IMG/VR virus record: IMGVR_UViG_3300025853_000072
Strand: one strand, 5' to 3'
From: an uncultured virus (IMG/VR IMGVR_UViG_3300025853_000072)
Lineage: Duplodnaviria; Heunggongvirae; Uroviricota; Caudoviricetes; Crassvirales
DNA: 64,000 nt
The position numbers and the translations under genes were made by a program. The notes under the pieces were generated by a model, which was not told the origin of the DNA, searched no databases, and saw only the letters and a list, made by a program, of their open reading frames with translations. This document shows, one piece after another, positions 38,601 to 50,421 of the stretch. Each line of letters opens with the position of its first letter. Positions within the stretch are counted from its first letter, which is position 1.

Positions 38601-41600
38601 TCCTAACAAGGGTACTCTGGATTCTGTTACGGAGAGCGCGCAAAACGGATTTGTTCTGTTCACGGATCAAGAGGGGGAGCTTATCGGCGGCCTTACCGAA
38701 GAGCAAATCGCAGAGCTCGGTACAGACAAAGCCACCATTGTGGACAGGGCTATCGAGTACGCAAAAGAATCTAAAGGTCAGGTGCGTGTTGTCATTCACA
38801 AAGACAGAGATTCATTTAGTAAGTCTGTCAATGTAAAGGGGGATGCAGCCTATCTCGAAGCCTCTCAAGAGCAGAGAGATAATGGCGTTCAAGATGAGGT
38901 TCATATCGTGATCGACGAAAGTTCTACAGAACTTGACGTTTCTCAGCAACTCCTCCACGAGATCGGTCACTTTAAGTTTAGAGACTTAGTGAATGACGGT
39001 GCAAGGAGAGGAGAGTTACTTGCAGCTATTGAGAACCTGGCTCAGACAGAGAGAGGGGTAGCTAATCTAATCCAAGCAGTACGCGACAACTACAAAGACT
39101 ACGATCAAGCCTCTCTGGAGAAAGAGATCATCAACAACTACATGCAGGCTGTAGCGTTTGGTTACATCAATCTCGGAGGCGAGGTTACCAGAGTCCTGGG
39201 TAGTTCTCAAAATTTCTTTGGATTCACAAAGCGGGGGCTGAGTGTAAACGACGTAGACGCTCTTGCCGTGATCCAAAATCACGCAAGAGAGTTGGCCAAG
39301 ACTGGAGACTTCGGACGGTTCAGCAAGGCGGACTTCGAGGCGCAGGCCGAGCACGACAGACTTCAAGAGGAAGCCGAAAACATTCCAGAGAATCAGTTCG
39401 ACCCAACGCAAGAAGGCGAGAACCAGAACGCGATGGAGTCAAGGAACCTCGGTAAAAAGTTTACCTACCTGGAGAACACGGAGATCCACTACAAGGAAGT
39501 AGTTCAAACATACTCGGCGAAAGGTTCGTTCTACACAAGATCGAGACAGGTCACGACAACGGTCAAGGACTACAACCACTACAGAAATCTGTACGCCAAG
39601 CTCACTGGTAATGGCGTTTCTCCAGAGCGTATGATGAACGTGACTTACGTCAAGGACGGGAGGTCGTTTAACGTCAAGTCACCAAAGCCTGTAATCGACA
39701 GAGCAACTGGAGACTTAAAGGTTATGTCAGTACCACAGCCTAGAACCTGGGTACAGAAAGAGATCTCCAACCAAGTGGCTTCTGCGAGCAAGAGATCGGC
39801 CCTGACTGCAGAGATGGTAAGTGCGAGAAGAAAGATCCAAGACATTCACAGGGCGTCTAACCTTGCTACTGTATCTAACTGGGCTGCATTCCTACCCAAC
39901 GGACCATACGTTCAAGACGAGTTCTACTCATTGTCTGAGGATGATCAAGTGATTGTATTGCGTGCAGGCTTGAGAAACGCGAAGGCATACGCACTGAACC
40001 CAGTGACCGACCTGGACTCTAGGTTCAGACCAAACGTACCAAAGTGGTTGTACCCTAAGGACAACCAGGACATCTTCAACAGAGCTGGCGAGACAGTGCC
40101 TTCTAGAAGAGAGCTGCTCACGCAGCTTGCAGAAGGTGCAGAGCGTCACGGCATGAGACCATGGGAGTTCTTCCCGATGGGGTCGGAGGGTAGGAACATG
40201 AGGTACAGCAGCTTCTCTCTGCTCACAGCCGTCGAGATGGAGTCAGCTCTTGACAAGCTGGCTCTCCTCGACGAGGGACTGCAGGGCGAGAAGGGTATCA
40301 TGGACCTCGGGCCAGACGCACCGAAAGGACTTGAGCTTAGAAAGCTCGGCAAGAAAGCCGCAGGCAGAGGAGGAGTCGGTAAGTTTATTTACGCAGACCT
40401 CCCTGCATTCTTTGAGGCTCAGGGTGTGAGATCAGAAGATATTCAGGTCAGTGTACACAACCTGGACTGGACACGCTTTGGTACTGTATCGCTTGAGATT
40501 GAGGTCGACGGTAAGAAGACGGTTGCTGAGTTTCAACTTGCAGGCGGTCCGCTCGGTGCGGCAAGGGCCAACGCATTGGGCGTGCCTATACTGCACACTA
40601 ACACCAACCCTCAGTCCGCCATGGAGCTGGCCAACTACACGAGAGAGTCAGACGAGAAGCACTACATGGCACTGTTCGCTTTGCTTAACGAGGAGAACAG
40701 CTTGGGTAACCCTGCAGTGTTTAACATCGCTATGCAGATTACGATTGACTACATCAGCGGCATGGAAGCCACCGATCCTCGCGTCGCTCAGGCTGTCAAG
40801 ATGTTGAACGCTCTGTTTAACAATCAGGCGTCTACTTCAGAGTTCAGCAAGTACATTCCCAACGCAGTAGAGAACTCGGAGGAGTACATGAGTGAGGTGG
40901 TGAAGATGTCCAACAAGTTTGGATATACACTCAGAGGATTCCTCGGCATCAACAGCACGACTCCAGGCATTACGATTCAGGACAATGTCATGCAGATTGA
41001 TACCGCCTTAGATGCCAAAGCTCAGAAGGAGGCGGTCATCGATGTACTCAAGAGGCTTCAAAACAAGAGGGGGCGCCTCGGGTTTGCTATCCGAGGAAGT
41101 GTGCTCGACAAAGTGTTTCAAACCAAGGGTGGGCTTGGGTCTCAGAAAGGGTTCGTAGGAAGGCAACAGTTCCTCGATGCAGTTAACGACCCTGCATTGA
41201 AGAAAGGGCAGGCAGGAGACATCTTCTCTGCGTCGTTTGTCCCGAAGGGAGAGAGAGAAAAAGTGCAGTGGTTTGAGAGTGTTGATGAGGTCGCCAACTT
41301 GCCGACTGGCAAGAAGAAGTGGACCAACTTCAGGAGCGGCATGGCCTACACCACAGGAACGTACGTAGACGGAGGACAGGTCATCCCCGTCGTCTTCGAG
41401 AGAGCGATCCCCTCAAACACAATCACGGAGAAGGCAAGTGGTGAAGTCGAAGCAAGGCAAAAGACCACGGGGCTTATTGGTCTTCAGCCATTTGCTGGGG
41501 ACATCGCAGTTGGCGTGAAGAAGAAGGAGGGTGCCAAGCTTGAGTCCAGAAGACTCTTGGGCAGGGCGTATGTTCAGGGTCGGGATAAGTGGACCGCCTC

Positions 41601-44403
41601 TACTGCCACTCCGTATGGCGCTGTGCTTCAGAGACTTGCAATGAGATTGCAAGACAAATACTCAGACGTCATGCTCTTACAGCAGGACGTCGAGGTGTTC
41701 AAGGGGAACAAGGTTATTCAGTCTCAAGACTTCGAGATGGCGATGGACCTGTTCTACGGTCTGGTCCGAAACGATCTTGAACAGATCGAAGGCATGGTCG
41801 ATGAGATCAACGGCTTGGTCAAGGCATACGACATTTCAGCTGAGGATCTGTCAGACTTTCTATACGCCCGTCACGCTGCGGAGCGCAATGCATTCATCCA
41901 GACCAGAGACGCAAGCATTACCGAGGGGTCGGGCATGTCGGACCAGGAGGCACAGGATATCTTGGACAGACTCGACTCTCCAGAGATGAGAGCCGTAGCC
42001 TCCAAAGTGTACGACATGATCGCCTTCACCCGAAAGTACATGGTCGAGGGTGGTCTCGAAACCAGAAAGGTTGTCGACGAATGGGCTAAGAGATTCAAGT
42101 ACTACGTCCCACTCAACGGACTGGCAGAGGATCAGATGGATGCGTCTACATCGGCATACCCTTCGGGTGGTGCGGGCATGGCCATCTACGGCCCGTCGGT
42201 ACGCAAAGCCAAGGGTCGTAGCACGCAGACTGGAGTCAACATCTTCGGTAACGTAGTCATGCAGGCAGCGGCCACCGTGCAGAAAGCACGTAAGGACCAG
42301 GCCATGTTGTCTCTCTATAACTTGGTCAAGGGCAATCCGAACTCCGCCGTGTGGAGTGTCCACGGTCCAGACAGCAGGCTCGTTTCCATGGGTGTCAAGC
42401 TCAGTGACGAGGCCATGTTCGCAAGAGAGGACACCGTGCCACTGAGAATCAACGGTGTCCAACACTTCATCAGATTCAAGAACAAGGACTACGCCAGAGC
42501 CCTGAACGGTATGACATTGGAGAAGCTTGACTTCACATCGAAGCAAGCTGCCAAGTACGTGGGCTTCCTGCGTAACTCATACACCGTGTGGAACCCTGCG
42601 TTTTTCATCCCCAACTTCTTGCGAGATCTCCAGTCAGCGGTATACAACGCTGCCGCAGAGATCGACAGAGAGGGAGGCATCATGTCTGGCATGGGGTTGA
42701 CTACCAAGGAGTTCAACAAAGCGCTGATGCGCACCACAATGTCCAGCTTGAAGGCGCTTCTCGCAGACGCGCACGGCCTCCCGATGGATGCCGAGCTCAT
42801 CGCGTACATGGAGGAGTGGAAGAAGGCAGGAGGTAGGACTGGATGGTCCTACTCCGACACGCTCAACAAGGTGGTGTCAGACCTCAACGACAAGACAGTC
42901 GGCAAGTCAAGAGCTGGTGAGGCCATCGCCAAGATCTGGAGCAAGTCTCTCGGTGCCGTGGGTGAGTACGTAGAGGGAGTCAACGAGGCATTCGAGAATG
43001 CAATCAGACTCTCTGCGTACATCGAAGCACGCAAGGCAGGGGCTACGCCACAGAGAGCTGCACAGTTGTCGAAGAACATCACGGTAAACTTCAACAAGAG
43101 TGGAGAGCTTACCCCGTCCATCAACGCATGGTTCCTGTTCTTCAACGCAGCGGTGCAGGGTTCGGCTAGATTCACCAGATCGTTTGGAACGCTCAAGGAA
43201 GCGGTTCCTCAGCAGCCATCCAGGTCTAGAATCACGTCAGCTCAGAAGCTGGGTATCGGCGTAACCATGTTCTCGTTCATGCAGACCGCTCTCAACATCC
43301 TCGTGTCTGCGAGAGACGACGACGATGAATTGTGGTACAAGAAAGAGATCGCCGACTACAAGAAGCAGCGCAACCAGATCATCATGACTGGTCCGAAGGA
43401 CTACATCACGATCCCGCTCCCGTACGGCATGAACCTGTTCAACAACACAGGCATGATTGCTGCGGAGCTGGCGTTGGGTGTGCGCGACATTGACGATGGG
43501 GCTATGTTCCTCGCCTTGTCTGCGCAGTCTTCGTTCTCTCCGATCTCTTTCGGGCAGGGTGACAACCTGATCCAGGCTGGCGTATCTACGATGATGCCTA
43601 CGTTCCTGAAGCCTGCCACGGAGGTGGCCTTCAACTCCACATACTTCGGAGGCAAGGTGTACCAGGAGCAATACCCGTTCGGGACGGAAGTGCCAGACTA
43701 CACGCTCTCGTTCAGAGCCCCCGAGTTTATTGTGGAGATGAACAAGTACCTCAACGAAATGACAGGAGGTAAGGAGTATATCTCGGGCAAGGGTGACTTC
43801 AACCCAGACCCATACTATTATTTGATGCTATCGCTCCTCGGTGGTGCGGGTAAGTTTGCGGGTGACGTGGTCGACCTGTCCGTGACAGGAGGCGCTATCG
43901 TGAGGAACGCCATCAACGAGACGGACGACAACGTAGGATTCCTGCAGGCACTGGTCGAGACAGAGAAGCCCATCATCCGCCGCAACGAGATCCCGTTTGC
44001 GAAGATCATTCTGGGTGAGGCGTCAAGGTTCTACGACTACGACATGTTCGATCAGAACCGACTCGATGTCGAACAGCACATGGCACAGGCCAAGGCGTAC
44101 GCCAAGGGTGAGGATGTCGATGTGGATGGCGTGGACTTTACAGGGGTCCAGGCTCTGGAGGAGACGCTCAAGAATACGACAGACATGTTGTCTCAGATTA
44201 GAGAGGCACGTCGTAATCTCAGACAGTCCGACGTGGACTACATCAAAAAGAACAACGTTTTGTATCTGCTCGAAGAGGAAGAGAAGAAGACTCTCGTATA
44301 CTTCAACGCCAGATACTATGAACTTAGAGGACAATACATTAACCCAAGACCTCATGGTCTCATCCCAGAGATGACAGTGAGGCAAGCACTAGGAAGAGAA
44401 TGA
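35601..44403 (+). CDS. Giant polyvalent/ejection protein (zincin HExxH plus C-terminal LPD38-like region); frameshift at T10 35651-35660
   Basis: LLHEIGH; NPAFFIPNFLRD, FENAIRLSAY, ITVNFNKSG and FLFFNAAVQG; ATG 35601 joins the 35812-44403 frame by a +1 shift. Confidence 0.75.
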
Positions 44404-44837
44404 AAGAACAACAAAAAATCAAAGACACCAACCTCGGTAAGTGGATGGCGGACAAGGCACCTGCAGTATTGGGTGTGGTAGGCGAGCTGCTCCCTGATAA
44501 AGGAGCGCTCGGCATCGTAAAGAACCTGCTTCACAAAGAGCCAGAGGTTAAGAATGAAGATGCAGACGCAGTTGTGGATGCTGAACTTCAGTATCAGGAT
44601 GCGGTCACGCGCAGATGGGAGGCTGATATGGGTAGTGATGTGAAGCTTGCAAAGCTCATCAGACCCGTGACGTTGATCTGCCTGATGGCAATGTTCATGC
44701 TCACCATGGTGTTTGACTCCCTTGATAATCTACCGTTCAATGTAAAGGATAGCTACGTGTCCCTGCTTGAAATCCTCATGTTGACTGCGTTTGGTGCATA
44801 CTTCGCAGGAAGAACTATCGAGAAGGCAAAGAAATGA
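44400..44837 (+). CDS. Holin (3TM/GTA-holin-like)
   Basis: RRWEADM.SD..LIRP..L and GAYFAGRTIEK; hydrophobic segments. Confidence 0.8.
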   Translation: MKEQQKIKDTNLGKWMADKAPAVLGVVGELLPDKGALGIVKNLLHKEPEVKNEDADAVVDAELQYQDAVTRRWEADMGSDVKLAKLIRPVTLICLMAMFMLTMVFDSLDNLPFNVKDSYVSLLEILMLTAFGAYFAGRTIEKAKK

Positions 44838-46975
44838 GAGCCTTACTGTTGATGTTCTTGCCGCTGTTTGCAACAGCGCAGCAGGGATGGGTGTCTATTG
44901 CGATCCAAGGCGACGCATACGGGGAAGAGACTACGTGGTTGGTGCGGGACTCAAGCAACGCAATCGTTGCAGGGTCCGCTCCTCTGCAAGGAGAGTACCC
45001 CTACGTCGAGGCGTTCCTTCCCCTGCCGTTAGGCGATTACACCTTCACCATCTACGACTCCTTCGGTGACGGCATTTGCTGTGGCTATGGTGAGGGATGG
45101 TTTTCTGTAAACACTTGCGCCCTAGACACTACGGTATACGACTTCAGTACGTCAGAGCAAACCATTCCATTCGAAGTGCTGGCTTGCCCACCGCCTATCT
45201 TTGGTTGCATGCAGTCGGGTGCCATCAACTACCACCCATGGGCCAACGCTCCTGCACCTTGCGACTTCCCACCTGTACAATGCGAAGAAGAGTACAGTAA
45301 CATCCTTGTTACAGTTACGCCTGATACTTATGCAGCTGAGATCAGCTGGGATCTGATGACGTTCCCAGACGGTGAGGTGGTTGCAGAGGGGTCAGGCTAT
45401 TCTATTGTAGGGGCTCCCATTGTGGAGACGGTATGTCTACCTGTGGGGTCGGAGTTCAAGGTGAACGTATACGACGCCTTCGGTGACGGCATGTGCGGCA
45501 GCTGCTACGGCGGTGTCGATGGTAACCTACTGGTGGCCAACCTTTGCGGTGACGAGCTGTTCTACGTTGGCGACACCACTCAGTACGAGAGCATTGGTAG
45601 CGACATCATTGTCGTAGAGCCATGCCTTCCTCCCATTCCTCAAGGCTGCACCGACCCGTGGTTTACTGAGTATGACCCCATCGCTGTGATTGACGACGGC
45701 AGTTGCCAGACAGAAGTTATCTTAGGATGTACTGATTCTCAGTCAATTAACTTTAACGAGAATGCCAACACACTGGAGACAGAGGACAACTGTGACTTTA
45801 CTCTGACACTTACGGACGGAGCAGGTGATGGATGGTTCGGAAGCTGGCTTGGAGTTCAGCAAGGTGACGAGACCTGGGGGCCTTTCACCATGTATCCTGC
45901 CGATGAGTTTGAGAAGGAGATTCAGATCCCCTTGTATTCTGGAGAGGCAGTCAACGTCATGTTCTTTACGCAAGGCAACGCAGAGACTACAGCCAATCAA
46001 TGCGGGTTCTACTTCGACGGACCTAATGGTGTATTCGTAGAGGGCGGAACCAACCCGTGGTCAGATGCTATCAAGAAGTTCCCGTTTAAGTACGAAGGGG
46101 TGCCTGTCTGCGGAGACTTCTGCGAGCCTGCCATCGTGGGATGCACGCTCAGCTTCGCGTGCGACTACAACCCAGAGGCAAACGTAGACGGTGACTGCAC
46201 GTTCCCTATCGAGTACTACGGATGCGACAACGAGTGCATCAACGATACAGATGGGGACGGTGTATGTAACGAACTCGAAGTCGTCGGATGTCAAGACCCC
46301 ACCGCCTTCAACTACAACGAGGTGGCTACCGATCCAGCTGAATGCGAGGAGGTTGTGTTTGGATGCACTGACCCTACGATGTTCAACTACAACGAGCAGG
46401 CGAACACGGAGAACAACAGCTGCATCCCCTACATCTACGGTTGCATGGACCCAGATGCAATCAACTATGACGAAGATGCCAACACTGAGCTAGAGGACTC
46501 CTGCATCCCCGCAGTTTCTGGATGCATGGACATTGATGCGCACAACTACAACCCCGATGCCAACATGACAAGCGATGAATGCTTGTACGATGCTGGATGT
46601 ATCACTGGCCCAGGGGAACCATACTGGGCCAACGACTTCTGCTACTCGTGGGTGATCGAGGTTGACCCTTACTGCTGCGAAGTAGGATGGGATGAGGTAT
46701 GTATCCAGATGTACGAGTACTGCAGCCAGGGTGTGACTAGCGTGGAGAGCTATGGGCTATATCACATTCAGTTATGGCCCAACCCCACTAGAGGTGTCAT
46801 CAACTTCCAGGCACCTGTCGGAGCATTTGCAGACGTTTACAGCGCCTCTGGTCAGATCGTAGTATCTGGCACTACATCGGGGCATATCGATCTTAAATCG
46901 CTTCCTAACGGGGTTTATGAGGTTGTTGTAAATTACAAGGAAGGATTTAGTGTAGAACGAATCATCAAGCAATGA
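44834..46975 (+). CDS. Secreted Cys-rich protein with GCxD repeats and T9SS type A C-terminal sorting domain
   Basis: Signal peptide ..ATA|Q; two YD(S/A)FGDG.C domains; ~7 GC(T/M/Q)x repeats; CTD WPNPT...VYSASGQ...IDLKSLPNGVY...ERIIK. Confidence 0.85.
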   Translation: MRALLLMFLPLFATAQQGWVSIAIQGDAYGEETTWLVRDSSNAIVAGSAPLQGEYPYVEAFLPLPLGDYTFTIYDSFGDGICCGYGEGWFSVNTCALDTTVYDFSTSEQTIPFEVLACPPPIFGCMQSGAINYHPWANAPAPCDFPPVQCEEEYSNILVTVTPDTYAAEISWDLMTFPDGEVVAEGSGYSIVGAPIVETVCLPVGSEFKVNVYDAFGDGMCGSCYGGVDGNLLVANLCGDELFYVGDTTQYESIGSDIIVVEPCLPPIPQGCTDPWFTEYDPIAVIDDGSCQTEVILGCTDSQSINFNENANTLETEDNCDFTLTLTDGAGDGWFGSWLGVQQGDETWGPFTMYPADEFEKEIQIPLYSGEAVNVMFFTQGNAETTANQCGFYFDGPNGVFVEGGTNPWSDAIKKFPFKYEGVPVCGDFCEPAIVGCTLSFACDYNPEANVDGDCTFPIEYYGCDNECINDTDGDGVCNELEVVGCQDPTAFNYNEVATDPAECEEVVFGCTDPTMFNYNEQANTENNSCIPYIYGCMDPDAINYDEDANTELEDSCIPAVSGCMDIDAHNYNPDANMTSDECLYDAGCITGPGEPYWANDFCYSWVIEVDPYCCEVGWDEVCIQMYEYCSQGVTSVESYGLYHIQLWPNPTRGVINFQAPVGAFADVYSASGQIVVSGTTSGHIDLKSLPNGVYEVVVNYKEGFSVERIIKQ

Positions 46976-48006
46976 GATATATTACATCCATAATCCTGAT
47001 GATGCTGAGCCTCAGCGTCTCTGGTCAGTCACTGAAGAAAGCATTTAAGTTCGCAACTTTCTACACCGCCTTCAGTGGGGGAAACTCTTTGTCAGATCGA
47101 GAGGTGTTCTCTGTTGCAAACGGATTGGAGACAGACGTTGTTGAGACTCCGTTCGACTACTCGTTTACTGCAGGGGTTCGCAAGATCGCACGCTTTGGAT
47201 ACGAGAACAGAGCCAACACATTCTACAACGGAACGGAGAAGTCATACGGAGACGCCGCCACCATTGGAAAGGTGAGCGGCTTTGAGTTCCTGTTCGAGGG
47301 TGACTACAGGAGACAGCAGGGTGTCAACTACCTAGACCAAGACTACTTCCTGAGATACGTGGCTGACAAGTGGATCGGCAAGGTGGAGTTCCTGCAGGAT
47401 GGATTCGCAGACGTGAGATACTTCGAAGCATCACAGCGAGCAAGAGTCAAGCTGGGGAAGCTGTCCCTGAACGCTGGCGTCATGCAGAGACTGTCTGAGC
47501 CATACGGATACGACCCTCTAAATGAGTGGCTGCTTGACAACAATCAACTTCACTTTACTTCACTGGCACTGCAAGAAGGATACAACATCAATGTAAATAC
47601 GGGTGAGTTTTTTTCTCCAGACGGTGAGCTCGTGGCAAATAGTTATGACGTATGGGAACAGGTCGTTGTTCCTGAGTTTCTTGAGAACTATGTAGCGGAG
47701 AAGAGAAGTGAATTGCCCAACCAATGGGTTCATTCTGTGGTACTTGGGTTCGACTACTACCACTTCACCAAGAACTTCTGGGTACATACATGGGCCAACG
47801 TTATCCCGTATCACCTGGACACCGACGGGGAGTACTCTTACCACAGGTTCGTGAACAGTGATCAGTGGATGGATTATTCTGGAGGCCTTATCTTTGGAAA
47901 ACGTTTTAACAAAAGCTTCGGGGTATTCGCAGAGGGAAAGTATCACAAGTACTGGGACAGGTCATGGCATGACTTCTCTCTGGGAATCAACTATGTAATT
48001 ATCTGA
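46972..48006 (+). CDS. Putative outer-membrane beta-barrel protein
   Basis: Signal peptide ..VSG|Q; amphipathic aromatic-rich strands; ends FSLGINYVII. Confidence 0.6.
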   Translation: MRYITSIILMMLSLSVSGQSLKKAFKFATFYTAFSGGNSLSDREVFSVANGLETDVVETPFDYSFTAGVRKIARFGYENRANTFYNGTEKSYGDAATIGKVSGFEFLFEGDYRRQQGVNYLDQDYFLRYVADKWIGKVEFLQDGFADVRYFEASQRARVKLGKLSLNAGVMQRLSEPYGYDPLNEWLLDNNQLHFTSLALQEGYNINVNTGEFFSPDGELVANSYDVWEQVVVPEFLENYVAEKRSELPNQWVHSVVLGFDYYHFTKNFWVHTWANVIPYHLDTDGEYSYHRFVNSDQWMDYSGGLIFGKRFNKSFGVFAEGKYHKYWDRSWHDFSLGINYVII

Positions 48007-48007
48007 T

Positions 48008-48292
48008 ATGGCTCAGCAGATTGGGGAGGACACTAAGATTACGCTAGACTTAAAAACTATAGGTATGCTAGCTGCGGGTATTGGCACAATCGTAGCCATG
48101 TGGTTTGCTTTGCAAGCAGATATTGCAGAGGCAAAGGAGTTGCCTGCCCCACCCGAACCCGTGATCTCGCGCATGGAGTTTGACATGAAAGACCAGCTGG
48201 TCCGTCAGACAATCATGACAACGCAAGATGACGTAGCTGAAATCAAGGAAGACATCAAGAGGATCGAGGAGAAAATAGACAAACTAAGATGA
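48008..48292 (+). CDS. Small membrane protein with C-terminal coiled coil
   Basis: TM segment IGMLAAGIGTIVAMWF; heptads DVAEIKEDIKRIEEKID. Confidence 0.7.
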   Translation: MAQQIGEDTKITLDLKTIGMLAAGIGTIVAMWFALQADIAEAKELPAPPEPVISRMEFDMKDQLVRQTIMTTQDDVAEIKEDIKRIEEKIDKLR

Positions 48293-48298
48293 TGAAGA

Positions 48299-48664
48299 AT
48301 GAATCTAATATCAACCCTATCTGCACCATTTGCTCTGCTCTTGGCGGCCACCTTTGCGGGGGCTGTAGAGGATGAGACGGTGTGCAAGTCAGGCCTGTGT
48401 GTCGTTGAGTTCAACGCGAGCTTCAACGCACAGAACAGCGTGCCCTGGATCGAAAGTCTCAACGACTGCGAGACGGCTCGCGTCGACATTGTATCTTCTC
48501 CAGACCTTCAGAAGCAACACAAGATCGTGGTCGTCCCCACCATCGTGGTGTTCAATGACGGACAAGAGATGACCAGGTTCCAGGCCAACATCATGATGAC
48601 GATGGAGACTACTGCCGATGAAGTGCAAGAGGCTATTGATGAAGCCTTGATGAGCGACTTCTAA
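48299..48664 (+). CDS. Exported thioredoxin-fold protein lacking CxxC
   Basis: Signal peptide; VVEFNASFN, RVDI, cis-Pro VVPTIVVF and DGQE..RF. Confidence 0.75.
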   Translation: MNLISTLSAPFALLLAATFAGAVEDETVCKSGLCVVEFNASFNAQNSVPWIESLNDCETARVDIVSSPDLQKQHKIVVVPTIVVFNDGQEMTRFQANIMMTMETTADEVQEAIDEALMSDF

Positions 48665-48692
48665 AAAAGAAAGGGGGCCGAAGCCCCCTCTC
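48663..48692 (-). terminator. Intrinsic terminator where the two gene blocks converge
   Basis: Minus strand GAGAGGGGGC-TTCG-GCCCCCTTTC-TTTTTT. Confidence 0.85.
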
Positions 48693-48747
48693 CACCAATA
48701 GCGAAGTTCCACAGCTAACTAAACCCGTGTAACCCTACGAATATACG

Positions 48748-50421
48748 TTAGCCTTCGCAAACCGCACAGTTGAGGATGTCACGTCCCACTGCCTGCGCTT
48801 TGTTTACACCTCGCTGGTAGTACAAAGTCTTGATGCCCAGCTCCCAAGCCTTGATGACAAGCTGGTTCACGTCCTTCAGACTAACCTCATCTGATACTAT
48901 CACGTTCAGAGATTGCCCCTGGTCGATGTACTTCTGACGATCGGCAGCCTGCTGAACAACCTCCATCTGTGAGATCTCTCCGAACGTTTTGAACACGTCC
49001 TTCTCGTCCTGCGTGAGGAAGTCCAGGTGCTGGACAGAACCGCCTTTCATCATGATGCTCTTCCATGTAGCCGCATCGTCCTTGTCGTACTCGGCCAACA
49101 CCTCCTTGAGGTACGGGTTCTTGTATGTGAACTTACCCTTGGCCAAGTCCTTCGTGAAGTAGTTGGACTGCAGTGGCTCGATAGATGGAGACACCTGCCC
49201 CAAGATAAACGACGATGATGTCGTAGGAGCCACAGCCTGTAGGGTGCTGTGGCGCCTGTATCCTGAGTGCTTGGACCTGCCGAACTCATCGGCCAACTCG
49301 TGACTCATCTCGATGCTCTTGAGCTCGATGTCCTTGAACATCTCCTTGTTGATGAGCCTAGCCTGGATGCTCTCGAATGGAATGCGGTTCTTCTGTAGGT
49401 AGGAGTGATACCCCAGTGCTCCGATGCCGATGCTTCTGTGCTCTCTGGCAAAGCGCACGGCCTTCTCCATGAAGGGGATGTCCTTCGCCTTGTCGATGAA
49501 CTCAGTGTACACTGCGTCCAAGAAGGATGTCAGGATGTATACAGGATCGAACTCCATCGATGATCCCTTCCACTCGTCGTAGTGCAGCAGGTTCATGGAC
49601 GACAGGCAACACACGAAAGACTTGGTGTCGTCGGTGTACTCCATGATCTCTGCGCACAGTTGTGAGTGCTTGATCTTCATGTCGTTTTCCTTGTACCATT
49701 CAGGCGCTGCCTTGTTCACGTTGTCCGTGAAGAAGATGTATGGGTAGCCTGTCTCGCTGCGCTTCTTGTGGATCTTGGCCATGATGCCACGCTTCTCCTT
49801 GTCGCCATCAATCATAGACTGCATCCACTCGTCGCTGATGCACACAGCAAACGACACGTCCTGGATGGGGTGCCCCTCGCTGCGGATCTGCAAGAACTCT
49901 TCGATGTCTGGGTGCTCTACGTCTAGGTATGCGGCCCAGCTACCACGTCGCACCTTGCCTTGTGAGATGACATTGGTGGTGGTGTTGAACAGCTCCATCA
50001 TGGACACGGCACCGTTGGTTTCGCCACCGCTGGAGATCTTGGCTCCGCGTGGTCGAAGGTTGCCGAAGTACGTGGCAGTACCGCCTCCCACCTTACTCAT
50101 GGCTCCGATCTCTGCGGCACCACGCAAGATGTCGAAGGTGTCGTCCTGCACCTGCGTTCCGAAGCACGAGATGGGTAGGCCCTTGTCCTTGCCGAAGTTC
50201 ACCCACACGGGGGTGCTTAGGCTAAAGAACCCACGCTTCATGCAATCGTAGAAGTGGTCGCTGAAGTTGTCCCACTTGCCCGTTCCGTTCCGCTCAAGGA
50301 TAGACTGCGCATGATCGGCAATCTCCTTCACCCTCTCTTCGACCGACTGGCCTGGGTCAAGGTAACCCTTCTCCATAAACTGACGGGTCTCTTCTGTGAC
50401 CCAGTAAAAATCTTTGTACAT
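48748..50421 (-). CDS. nrdA: Ribonucleotide reductase class I alpha subunit, no ATP cone
   Basis: LPISC, SQLCAE, CCLSS, APTTSSS, TLYY and C-terminal CAVC. Confidence 0.95.
   Translation of the reverse strand: MYKDFYWVTEETRQFMEKGYLDPGQSVEERVKEIADHAQSILERNGTGKWDNFSDHFYDCMKRGFFSLSTPVWVNFGKDKGLPISCFGTQVQDDTFDILRGAAEIGAMSKVGGGTATYFGNLRPRGAKISSGGETNGAVSMMELFNTTTNVISQGKVRRGSWAAYLDVEHPDIEEFLQIRSEGHPIQDVSFAVCISDEWMQSMIDGDKEKRGIMAKIHKKRSETGYPYIFFTDNVNKAAPEWYKENDMKIKHSQLCAEIMEYTDDTKSFVCCLSSMNLLHYDEWKGSSMEFDPVYILTSFLDAVYTEFIDKAKDIPFMEKAVRFAREHRSIGIGALGYHSYLQKNRIPFESIQARLINKEMFKDIELKSIEMSHELADEFGRSKHSGYRRHSTLQAVAPTTSSSFILGQVSPSIEPLQSNYFTKDLAKGKFTYKNPYLKEVLAEYDKDDAATWKSIMMKGGSVQHLDFLTQDEKDVFKTFGEISQMEVVQQAADRQKYIDQGQSLNVIVSDEVSLKDVNQLVIKAWELGIKTLYYQRGVNKAQAVGRDILNCAVCEG

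Noticed and set aside
35812..44403. Giant protein as a crAss-type or N4-type virion RNA polymerase
   Set aside because: No DxDxD-type catalytic motif seen; recognisable motifs are zincin and LPD38-like. A very divergent polymerase cannot be excluded without structure search
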